A DNA stretch of 64,000 bases from Takakia lepidozioides (Eukaryota > Plantae > Bryophyta): positions 32,054,001-32,118,000 of the forward strand of contig CM060734.1 in NCBI GenBank assembly GCA_030704615.1, read 5' to 3'. A program made the position numbers and the translations under genes. Below are positions 25,721-36,900 of this stretch, piece after piece. Position 1 is the stretch's first letter. Each line of letters starts with the position of its first letter. Below the pieces are notes generated by a model. It saw only the letters and a list, made by a program, of their open reading frames with translations, had not been told where the DNA came from and did not search any database.

Positions 25721-26690
25721 CAACCACCTGACTCAGGGATTTGTTTGCTAGACCTGTTTGGAGGCATGAGCACTGGGCTTGCAGGAGTGTTGCAAGCAGG
25801 GATTAAAGTACGCAAGTACTTGTATGTGGAGAATGATGAGATAACTCGGCGTATTTCTATGCGCCACATCGCCTTGCTCACACACCGGTATCCTGAGTTG
25901 TTGCCTCTCTTAGCAATTCAAGGGTATCAAAAGGCCTTGCCAGCAGACATTATCTTGCTGGGGGCGGATGATTTGGAGCGGCATGGTTCCATTGACTTGG
26001 TGATAGCCGGATGACCTTGCCAAGGACACTCTCCCGTAGGTCATGGGAATGGCTTACATGATGCACGATCGCATTTATTTTGGGAGATGTTGCGAGTGTT
26101 GCGGGACTTGCAGACGAGGAAAGTGCAACCTCTAGGCTATATCTTGGAGAATGTTCCTCTTATGGGGGATTCTCGGGCCAGGGTTATGGCCAGTGTGCAT
26201 CAGGTGCGGTCTTGGATTGGATCGGCGGTGCTATTGGATGCAACAACGGTGGGATCACGCGCGCATCGACCTCGATTGTGGTGGACCAATCTTGCACCAC
26301 CAGAGCTGCTCAAGAGAGCATACGATTCCATTCATCGGCCACCCAATCTCACGGTTGAGGGCATTTTAGACCAAGGGAGACAACCACAGAGGGTGCGACA
26401 TGATGACCGTCCACCTCTAGCAGTGGTCAATCGAGTAGGGCAGCCATGTGCGGCCTTGCCTACGCTCATGAGCTTTCTCTCGTCTCATGCTTTTCGAGAC
26501 AATGGTCCTGGATTGATTTGGGAAAGTGTGCTACAGCAATTGGTGGAGCCCAATGCGGATGAGCGAGAGCGGGCAATGGGATTTGCCACCGGCACTACAG
26601 ATGTGACAGCTCTGTCAGAGGCATCATGCCGCCAGGTGTTGGGTCAAGCAATGGATCTAAATTGCTTGACATGGATAATTGGCTTGTGCA
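25721..26690 (+). pseudogene. DNMT3-like C5 cytosine DNA methyltransferase domain within the retrotransposon polyprotein
   Basis: Motif I LLDLFGGMSTG; II YLYVEND; IV IDLVIAG*PCQGHS (TGA at 26012-26014 just before the catalytic PC); V GLHDARSHLFWEMLRVL; VI YILENV; VIII LDATTVGSRAHRPRLWWTNL; IX ERERAMGF; X TDVTALSEASCRQVLGQAM. Same frame as the RT ORF at 27221. Confidence 0.92.
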
Positions 26691-27220
26691 TGGCTGAGCA
26701 ACGGAGATTGCAAGCATTGATGGCTACTTCTGCACTCCCATTGGATGGTGCATCCTCCTTGCCAACCGGGACGGTTGAGGCAGTGAGTGGGGGTGAGCAC
26801 AGGATCGTGGGTTGCAAACACCCATGGCAGATGTGGGATGAGATGCGCAAAGAGAGAGTCATTGGATCTCTCAAGCAGCAGTATGAGGAATAGGGAGAGC
26901 CATGGACTGAGGATCAATTGGAGGCCAAGGTGACCAAGGTTTTTGAAGAGGTTGAGGATGGTTCTTGCGCGGAGGATGTTCACAAGGTGGCTATGGTGGA
27001 GCAAGTGGAGGCTACGCCACAGTCAGATTGGGCGGACAAGGCCCAAGAGGTTGTTATCTAGCAACCAAAGGATTCGTCTCCTACCTCCAAGCCTGGTGTA
27101 TCCAAGGTTGCAGTCACTGAGGACAATTGGGAACCAGATGTTGGATCTACAGTCACCGGAGGAGAGAGACGGAGGATCAAGCGATTTCTAAGGGCTTATA
27201 GAAATTGTTTTGCCTTCAGT

Positions 27221-29488
27221 TTGAAGGATTTGGGGAGTTTGAAAGGTCAGGAGATTCGTATTCATTTGGCAAGTGACACGCCAATCTTTCGAAGGCCCTA
27301 CCGGTATAGTGACATGGAGAGGTCATTGATCCAGTCATGGACTATGGAGTTGTTCGAAGCTGGATTGGTGGAGTTGTCAGGCGGGGAGTATGCCTCGGCA
27401 ACGATGATGCCAGCTAAGAATGATATCTATGGCAGTTGGACAGAAAGAAGGATGTGTCGGGACTATCGTCATGTGAACCGTCAGACGAAGTCCGATAGAT
27501 ATGTCATGCCAACTCCAGAGGAGATCTTTGATGCCATTGGGCATGCAAAGGTGTTTAGCACATTGGACTTGCGATCCGGTTACCACCAGTTGCCAATCAA
27601 AGAGGCTGACAAGCAAAAGACGACATTATGGGGGATTGACCAACATGGGAAGGATTGTTTGTACCAATGGCGGTTCTTACCGTTTGGGTTGAAGAATGCT
27701 CCTGCAGAGATTCAGAGGGTCATGGATAGGATTCTCGCGGGGCTAGACTTCGTCCGGTGCTATATTGATGACATCATCGTCTTTAGTGCTATGGCTGAGG
27801 AGCATGAGAGACACCTTCAGGTGGTGTTTAAGCGCTTGAGAGCGCACGGGTTGAAACTGCACCCCGGAAAGTGCAAGTTCTTCCACAATCAGATTGAGTA
27901 TTTGGGCCACATGATATACCCTGGAGGATTGGGTGTTCAACAGACAAAGATGGAGGCCATTGCATGCATTCCACGCCCCATGGATGTGAGTAGAGTTCGT
28001 GCTTTCATGGGATTGGCAAACTACTATCGACGGTTTGTCAAGGGATTTAGCAGCATTGCAAAGGCTCTTACCAAGTTGACCAAGGTGGATCGGGAGTGGC
28101 AGTGGGAGGAAGAGCAGGAGGAAGCCTTTGAGGAGCTCAAGGCTCGATTGACTTCTGCACCTATTCTGAGGCGGCCTATTCGGGGGCGGCCTTTCCAGCT
28201 ACATACGGATTGCTGGAGTATGCTGGGGATTGGAGAAGTGCTCACACAGGTAGATGATGAGGGAAGAGAGTTCGTAGTGCTATATACTAGCCGCTCGAAC
28301 AATGATGCCGAGACGAAGTATAGTTCCTATGAAGGGGAGTGTCTAGCTGCGGTATGGGCAGTGGCACATTTCAGATGTTACCTCTATGGCAATCTCTTCA
28401 CCCTTGTCACAGATCACCAACCATTGAAGTGGTTGATGGAGTCAGACAAGCTTACAGGGAAGCTTGCACGGTGGGCACTTATGCTTCAAGAGTACGACTT
28501 CCAGGTGGTGTATCAAGCCGGTATTGTCAATCGAGATGCAGATGGATTGAGTCGTAATCTATGCACGAGCGAGCATGATGATACTGGAGCTCGGTGGCAT
28601 GGTGAGACGGATGAGGAGATGGTGCCAGGATGGCATGCATCGGTCTTTTTGTGCATTCTAGCAATGGGAGCTCAAGCTGGTTCATCCCATGCGATTGGTC
28701 ATATAGATAGCGTGCATGACGATCCACAGACTAGTGAGGAGTTTGGTGGTGCTAAGGATGTGCATGAAGATGCAGCAGTGTTGGCATACCTTCGTACCGG
28801 AGAGACAGCAGCCAGTGTGACTGCTAAGGAGAGGGATCGGGTCCTACAACGAGCCAAGAGGTTCAAGTGGGAGGGGACTCACCTACTCCAGGTATGGGAG
28901 GATGGACGAGTGAGGATTGTGCCTCATCCAACACAACGAGCGCGATTGGTACGTCATGCCTATGAGGAGTTGGGACATTTTGGGGTGCGGCGCACTCATA
29001 GTTTGCTACAAGGGCAGTATTGGTGGTGGGGCATGCACACGGATATACAACAGTTAGTGGCAAGGTGCATGGTGTGTGATAGAGTGCGGGCTTCTTTCAA
29101 CGCCCCTACTCCACAATTGCATCATTTACCCATTATGGGTTTGGGCTATCGTTGGAGTCTTGACTTCGCAGGCCCATTGTCATTGACGATTCGCCACAAC
29201 AAGTATGTGCTGGTGATGGTGGAATACTTCTCCAAATGGATTGAACTGGTGGCATTGCCTGACAAGGCAAGTGAGGGGGCTGCGTATGCATTCTTAGATC
29301 GAGTGCTTAGTCATTTTGGTGCTCCAGCCGAGGTACTCACGGACCAGGGGAGAGAGTTCTTGGGGGAGTTTCAGGCTTTGTGTGAGCAAACCTTGATAGA
29401 TCACCACACTACTTCTCGGGATCATCCCGAGGCTGATGGCTTGGCGGAGAGAGTTATTCAGACAGTCAAGAGAGGTTTGCGCAAGTAC
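27221..29488 (+). CDS. Pol: reverse transcriptase, RNase H and integrase (zinc finger plus core)
   Basis: RT: FSTLDLRSGYHQ, LPFGLKNAP, YIDDII. RNaseH: LHTD..GIGEVLTQ, YEGECLA, TDHQPLKWL, DADGLSR. Integrase: ELGHFG..CMVC, SLDFAGPL, LTDQGREF, GLAERVIQTVKRGLRKY. Breaks at 29488. Confidence 0.95.
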
Positions 29489-31192
29489 CACGTCGCATCC
29501 ACGTCATACTGTGCTGTCTACACGTCACCCCCTAGGTTTTACTGTCACATTTCACTGTCAGAACCTGGCATCTGGATTCGACTGCTTGACTGAAACGACT
29601 TGACCTTTGTCACGCATGTTCGACTATGGAGGCTGGGAGTAAAAATGTCGCAAACGACTCAAAAATGAGTCAAATACAAAGTCGAAAAGCCCAGCTTGTA
29701 TTGTAGTGTTCGCCGCCATAGCGAGGCTTTGTAGCTGTCTGCCTACGATGAGGATCCGCTGCACGGGTCTCCACAGCGAGGCGCACTGATGCAGCTGTTC
29801 AACATACTTACCGGCCCACCACAACGAATGGCGATTCTAAGAGCAAAATCGGGCTGATTTTGGAACCCTCGCTCCCCCATGGTGGCACTAAGACTACCTC
29901 TTGCTGGCAGGCCTCCCACCCTCCACAATGCTCCCCACGGACAGGTATTCTTCTGCTAGCATCTACACTCCCGCAAAGCATCATATATGGTTGGGGCGAG
30001 ATTGCAGGAGGCTCGCAGATCAGCGTCATTGTCTTAGGTATACTTCAGCTAGCAAGTACATTCCAGAGAGACATCTTCTATGGCGAGTGCATTCACCCCC
30101 GCTTTGAGATGACCCCTGATCTCCTGCAAATGAACACTGATTTGGCAGGCGTCTCCACGAGAGCATCAGTGAAGTCATCGAACGCATTAGTGTAGAGGAC
30201 TAGATACAAGGAACACTCGTAAGGTGAGGAGGGGTGAACTGTAGGGCATGTTGACAGTAAATATTTTCGCCACAATGCGTGTAAAAGTAGAGGAGCAATC
30301 TTGTTACGTTCTTTTCGTTATTTGTTTTTCCTGTGCTGAGGCCTTCTCCTGTGTACATCAAACCCTCTGTCACGCTCTGAAACAAAAAAAAAAAAAAACT
30401 ATTTGTTGGCACCCACTTGAGTGTTGCTACAAGGTATTACTTGTCTTCCCTGATGCACAACACACACTCAGGCTGTGTATTTGTGGTGTACAAAGACACC
30501 CATCATTATCAAGTCGTGATCTTTGGAATCAAACCCAGTGAAATAAATGAGTTGTTCATGCCCTGTATGTTGTTTGAGGAGGATCTTGATGTTTGGTAAG
30601 TGTTACACTGATAACACTTAGTTCTGCATTTTCTTTGCCACCCGTGCAGCAGTATGAATAATTATTCAGGAGTGGTCAAATCGTTTGAAATTAACAAGTC
30701 TTGTGCCCAAAGTCACTCTTCTGGAAGCGTCTCTGACAGATTGATTTTATCTCCGTAGGGTGCAGGCCCTCTCCTTCAAAGAGCTAGTGGATTGTATCGT
30801 GTTCAAGTTTGGCAACACTGTGGCTATATATGGATATACAGCAGACGAGTCTCTGAACGCCTCCTTGCATTTGGAAAGGATATGGATGGACCAGTGTGCA
30901 TTAACTTGGGAACTGCTGTTACAGATGCCAATAGTCATGTGGAGTGTGATGGACACGAGTCTCTTGAAGGTTTACATGGTGGCGGTTTGTGAGTATGTGA
31001 AGTCCACTGAATAGACTTCATGCAAGCACTGGCAACGAAGGTGACCTTTGAGCATATTTTTGTACAAACATTTGTTGTTTGAGGTTCTGCTGTAGGGGCT
31101 TCATCTTGCATTTTGCTGTGAGCCCAAACACCAGCCACAGTGCAGCTAGGTTGAACTGGCAAAAACCTAGTTAAGTTCAGGTAGATCCATAA

Positions 31193-31370
31193 AGTAAAAA
31201 GTAAAAGTATGACGTCTCCCGAAGGGAGCGAAACTTATGGTGTCTCTTCACCACAAGGGCTACTGCCTTCCAGCTGAAAGGTGGACACCTTCATGACACA
31301 CCAGACCGTGGTTTGAACCCACAACCACATCCAACGTGGTATGTGTCCATTACCACTAGGCTACACTGTC
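31193..31370 (-). mobile_element. tRNA-derived SINE with a 12-bp TSD
   Basis: Minus strand has A-box TAGCCTAGTGG, B-box GGTTCAAACC and a (TTTTAC)n tail. Perfect TSD GTAGATCCATAA at 31181-31192 and 31371-31382. Confidence 0.85.
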
Positions 31371-31457
31371 GTAGATCCATAACAAGGGCCTTGTGCTCAC
31401 AACTCTCTCACATCCAACCACTCTGACATATAATTTTGCTGTTGGTAGGAATAGCAA

Positions 31458-32334
31458 TGTGGTGACTGACGTGGTTGATGAAGTGGACCCTATTGAAGAA
31501 TTCAGTGAAGGGGGTGAAGCCCATAACGTCATGGATGAATTCAGTGGGCTTAATTCATCCACTTAATTCATCCATAATTAGTCCCCAACACACTGTATCA
31601 ACAGATTTCTATCTTCCCCCCACCCAAAACCCAGGATTTTCTTTCAAGTTGGCACCCAGAGACAGTACTAGTTGTGCTGCTTCTGAAAATGTGCAGTTTT
31701 GGATACAAGCACCCACTGTGGTAGCCTCAGTTCCTTTAGTGTCACCTTCACATGAGGTATCTCTTGACTCTCCTGGGAGATTTCTAGTTGATGGAGGCTG
31801 TCGTGCACCTAAGCATCGTGTCACAACATACATCGTTGTCCAACCACACTTCCTAGCATACAGTCCTAGAAAGCCACACCACAATGGCTTACGGAAATGG
31901 TGAAAAGAGGAGAAACCACTCTATCACATTATATAAGTCAAGCCAATGGCACCTTTGCTAAAGGACTCCACCATACAGACCTCACCCACTCTCCATCTCA
32001 AGTACTAGAGCTATGGCGGCGAGAGAGGCCTCGGGAGGCTCGACTAGAAGAAGACGAACCTGCTTACGTCTCACGTGGAGATAACCTCCCCACGTCCCAA
32101 GTAAGGTTCGCCACCTCACTTGGCACATGGAACCAAATGAAGTTCCAATGCCAACAAAATACAAATATAAATGTATAATGTCCTAATTAGCTAGAAATAA
32201 CTATTTCTAACTAATCACAAACAAAACCATGACAGCTGTCGTGCACCTAAGCATCGTGCCACAACATACATCGTTGTCCAACCACACTTCCTAGCATATA
32301 GTCCTAGAAAGCCACACCACAATCGCCCCCCTAG
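31458..32334 (-). repeat. Polypurine tract plus 3' LTR (TGTGGTG...CACCACA) with an internal ~90-bp duplication
   Basis: Minus-strand PPT AGGGGGGCGAT immediately precedes TGTGGTG (32321). The far end is CACCACA at 31458. 31797-31885 is duplicated at 32234-32323. Confidence 0.7.
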
Positions 32335-32546
32335 CTGGTGATTAGGTCCCTCTAACACCGGATAGCTTGCAAGTATCCACCCAAGTCCCAACACCTGAAG
32401 TCGATAGATCAAGAGGCCGGGTGCAAACGTAGCCCCATCATTAGTCGCCTTCATGCAATCCATGATCTTCAGTTGAGTATCCATGACATTGAAGCCCCAC
32501 TAGCTAGACCTTGGATCACTTGTCCGCCTCACCATTGTCATGCCCA

Positions 32547-32929
32547 CTACCTCTGTCCAAGGCATCGTGGACACAACCATTCTCCGATAGGAACCTCCTC
32601 GAGTCGCGGTGTCAAGCATCCTATGTGCCACCCCCTTAAGCATTTGTCACACACCAACATGGTTGCGGCGCTACCAGCATGCAACGCAACCCTACAGGTA
32701 CCACTGCAAGGTTGGGATATATCCTCCTATCCACATGTGGAAGGTGACATGGCGCACAATTGCGCACATGGTCCTTCCATATCATGCCCTCTCGACCCTC
32801 CAAAATCAACACTCCTGAAGTCAACACCTCCTGACCCTTAGAATCACACGTCCTGCTGTGACACCCCAGGTCGTAGGTGCTGTCTGCTGTAGATACACAT
32901 AGTCCCCAGGATGGAAACGCCGAACACTT
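32547..32929 (-). pseudogene. Integrase C-terminus ending in a PHD finger (inverted segment)
   Basis: PSVRRFHPGDYVYLQQ...LILEGREG..HVRNCAPCHLPHVD..GLRCML(small deletion)AATMLVCDKCLRGWHIGCLTPRLEEVPIGEWLCPRC*. This is the C4HC3 pattern with the diagnostic W; the second Cys is lost to the deletion. Confidence 0.85.
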
Positions 32930-33232
32930 GGGCAGAAGGGACACCTAGGAGATTGGGACCTTCAACTGCCTTTTGCTAGCTATGGGCTATAGGTTCAGTA
33001 AACAAGCTTCACTTGCCTCCTTCTCCTCTTCGGCCGAGAGCCGGATTTGCCTGCATCTATTCGCAAGGAGGCTGCAATAGTTCTCAACCTTGATGATCTG
33101 GATGTGTGGACACAAGCATGTGCCCAACGGGCAGAGTTGTTCAAGAGAGTTATGCCTATGGCTTTTGAGAACCTTGCTATTGCCCAACACCGAGACACAT
33201 TGAGGTACGCCACTATACGTGGAGGCGGATAT
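32930..33232 (+). pseudogene. Displaced integrase segment that directly continues the Pol ORF broken at 29488
   Basis: QKGHLGDWDLQLP..LAMGYRFSKQASLASFS..FGREPDLPASIR...FENLAIAQHRDTLRYATIRGGGY, the usual post-core integrase sequence (W...LP....YR....S...P...FGR). Confidence 0.85.
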
Positions 33233-33914
33233 GACGTGTAGTAAAATGGTTTAACTGAATTATAAGGTGGATGCATGACGTGTAGCGAGTGGCTCAAGGG
33301 CAGAGTGATGTGGATGCATGACGTGTAGTAAAGTGGTTCAACTGAAGTGGAACATATTGACTACGTTCCATGATGTTTAGTATATGGTTTGACTGTAAAT
33401 CGGTGATAGTGAGTTTGCTTGACTTTGTATAGTGTAATATTCTACTGTGAAGCAGTAAAAGAGGACACATTTTAGTAAATATGTTTCACGGGGGTGTATA
33501 TACATAGATACATATAAAAATAAAAATACATATATATATAATATAATATAAATATGAATTGGGAGGCTTTTATTTAATATTTGGTTTTTTTATTACTGTT
33601 ATTTCTTTTTTTATTTACTTTTAGTTTATATCTGTACGTATGTGAATTCGTGGATATTGTATTTAAATCTTTTGATTCGCTGCACTGCATTGAAAATATA
33701 TTACAAATACAACAAAACATAGAATACAAATACAGGTCGGAACGCAGAACATTTGGATGGCTCAAAACTGGTTTATATCAAGAGTGTTTTGCTAAACAAG
33801 TTTTGGCCACATTCTACAAATGACCAACATGAGGGCCATGTTGCCATATCCATAGATCACTGCCCAACTGAAGTCATTGAGTAAGGATAATCTGCTGTGC
33901 AGCTAGGTCCAGCA

Positions 33915-36900
33915 CTATCGTGGACATGTCAAGAGAACATCAGAAATCATTTTGAGAATGAGCTCCAGAGAATGGTAGTGCCAGCTACCTAAAGTGACAT
34001 CCACTTCCAGGGCTGCCTTGACATACATATCCACCAAGGCAGTGTTTAGAGTGACAACTCCAGCTTTGACGATGTCATCATGGACCTTTGTGCCCTTTTG
34101 AGGGCTGCCAGGCTCACATTTGACGTAGATGTACACCAGGGGAATGTTCAGATTGACATCTGGTACAATTCCAGCTTGGATAATGTCACCATAAACCTCT
34201 TTGCCCCTTCCCAGGGCTGCTAGGCTCGCATATGCATATTACAAAAACAAATGAACATGACGGCCTGGTCTGGCTTCATCCCTTCCCACATCATTTGCTC
34301 TTATATTTCCAAAGCCTTAATCCCATACCCATGCTGCACATACCTTGCAATCATGGCACTCCAAAATACCACATCTCGTTCAGCCATATTGTCAAACTCT
34401 CCATTCACATCAGGCTTGCTGCACCCACATTTGGCATACATGTCCACCAAGGCAGAGTTCAGAATGACAATTTCCCCTTTAACGATCGGCATAAGCAAGG
34501 GGAAGGAGACAGCAGAGCTGCTGCTCTCTCCCAGCGCCAAAAAAACCAAAAGAAAAAAAAATGGAGGGGTTGAGAGAGCCGCCATGGCTGTGAAGTACCA
34601 GTATGCTGCAACGTGATGTGGTTGGGCTTCACCCCTTCCCCCATCAATATTTGATCATAGGTCTCCAAAGCCTCCATACCATGTCCCTGCTGTGCATACC
34701 CTGCAAGCATCACATTCCCCCCACATTCCATGACACCACATCTCGTTCAGCCATAGTGTTGAAAACTCCCTTCGCATCCTTGCACCCACATTTGGCATAC
34801 ATGTCCACCAGGGCAGTGTTCAGAATGACATCTCGTACAAATCCAACTTTGACGATGTCACCATGGACCTCTTTCCCCTTTTCCAGAGCTCCCAGCCTTG
34901 CACACGCATGGCAAACACAAACAAATGTGATGTGGTTGGGTTTCACCCTTCGCGCAGCAGTTGCTCATAGGTTTCCAAAGCAATCCTACCACACCCATAC
35001 TTGGTAAATCCTGCCAACATTATATTCCACGTGATCAAGATCGTTGAGGCACGCTGTGGAAAACCTGGTGAGCATCCATGATGCTCCCACACTTAACATA
35101 CATGTTGACAAGGGTGTTGAGTAGAAAAACATTTGGCGTTAATCCACTTTGGATAATGTGAGTGTGCACCTGTTTCCAGCTTCCAGACCTTTCATCTTGA
35201 TGCACTTGAGCAAGAGACAGACAGACGAATCTGAATCTGCTGAAATGCCTTGTTGGTTTAAAGTTGTAGAGCCTCTGTCAGTCTGCCTGCCTCACAAAGC
35301 ATCTTCACATGCCCGGTAGAAGAGGCATTGTGGACTCCCTCTCTTGATCCTCTTTCAGAAGCTGTGGTCATGGTTGAGGTGCCTGATTTTATCAACTGTG
35401 CCGCTGCAGTTGCTACCTTTACTTGACCATCTACCCATGCAGCAGGTTTCTTGTAGCTATTGATCCACATGGAATCATAGGTAATCTGGAGCTTGAAATC
35501 CAGCCCTCTGGATGAATCTGGACCCACACTCTATCCCTGCCCCTTCAGCTATCCATACCTCTGCACAAATCATGCATACATCATTGCCTTGCTGCTAGCA
35601 GCTGACAATGACAGCCTAGAATTGTTCCAGCAAACACCCCAACCCTACTTATCACACTAGTTCAAAGTCACTCCAAACCACCACAGATCCACCCAATGAG
35701 CTAACTTACAGAATTCAATATGCATCTCAGGGCCAAGTCTGATGAGGGGGCAAAACAGGCTGCAACAGGTCAAAGAAGAAGGTGCCCTCACCACAGTGTC
35801 CTTGACCCATGGAGGATTTGACCGAGCATCAACCCAAAATGACCTCTTGTGTGTGATGTTTGTGTATGTAGTCAGGTAATGTTGGATTGGTCTGTGAGAA
35901 CCACCACGGTGCAGCTGAGCAGGCAGAGATTGAAACACGGCCTACTAAGACCAAACTGACTCTCCCAAGAACCTTGTAAACATCAGGAAGAACACCAAAT
36001 CATGGTACTAACAGGAGCCAAGAGCCCACCTTTGCAGGATGGACAAACTTCTTCACATCGTACATTAAGAAAAGCCACACCTTGTGATTGCGGTTGTCCC
36101 ACCATCGTGAAGGATCTTTATAAAACTCATGCCAGCTCACATCATGAACGAGCTAACTTGCAGAATTCTACATGAAATTTAGGGACGACTCTGATAACAT
36201 GGCAAAACAGGGTGAAATGTATTGAAGAAGGTACCTTCATTAGCAGCGAATTGTTCTATCAATAGGGCTGCTGCCGCTTCTGTTTCCAGGATGACATCTG
36301 GTACAATTCCAGCTTTGACAATGTCACTATGGACCTCTTCCCTCTTTTCCAGAGCTCCCAGGCTTGCACACGCATTGCAAACACAAACAAACGCGATGTG
36401 GTTGGGCTTCACCCCTTCACGCAACATTTGCTCATAGGTCTCCTAAGCATTCCTACCACACCTACGCTTGGTAAATCCTGCCAACATAATATTCCACATG
36501 ATCAAAGATCATTGAGGCATTCTGTTGAACACTTGGTGAGCATCCATGATGCTCCCGCACTTAACATACATGTTGACAAGGGTGTTGAGTAGAAAAACAC
36601 TTGGTGTGAATCCACTTCGGATAATGTGAGTGTGCACCTGCTTTCCAGCTTCCAGACCATCCATCTTGATGCACTTAAGCAACAGACAGACATATCTGAA
36701 TCTGCTGAAATGCCTCCTTGGTTTAGAGTCTGTAGAGCCTCTGTCAGTCTGCCTGCAGCACAAAGTATCTTCACATGCCCAGAAGTGCCAGAAGAGGCAT
36801 TGTGGACTCCCTCTCTTGATCCTCTAATTTCAACAGCTGTGGTCATGGTTGAGGTGCCTGATTTTATCAACTGTGCCACTGCAGCTGCTGCCTTTAGTTG

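Larger units (their letters stand above)
21548..33232 (+). mobile_element. Ty3/gypsy LTR retrotransposon carrying a DNMT3-like methyltransferase and a PHD finger; degenerate, 3' part inverted/rearranged
   Basis: Order is gag (two zinc knuckles), C5-MTase, RT, RNaseH, integrase (gypsy order). The integrase tail, PHD, polypurine tract (PPT) and LTR are on the minus strand at 31458-32929. A 348-bp segment is shared, inverted, between 21604-21951 and 31886-32233. Outer boundaries are uncertain and no TSD was found. Confidence 0.88.

Noticed and set aside
25721-26690. Bacterial restriction-modification methylase or contamination
   Set aside because: It is in frame with the retroelement Pol, has DNMT3-style motifs and is surrounded by intron-containing plant genes.
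29489-29593. C-terminal 34 aa of the 790-aa Pol ORF
   Set aside because: Read-through across the inversion breakpoint, not integrase sequence.
29600-31150. Exon-like ORFs in the inverted flank (29860-30195, 30760-31014)
   Set aside because: No recognisable domain; possibly captured or decayed fragments.
21543-31457. Target-site duplication for the gypsy element
   Set aside because: Flanks of the candidate termini (GACAA vs TTGCT in element orientation) do not match, so the exact boundaries are unsupported.
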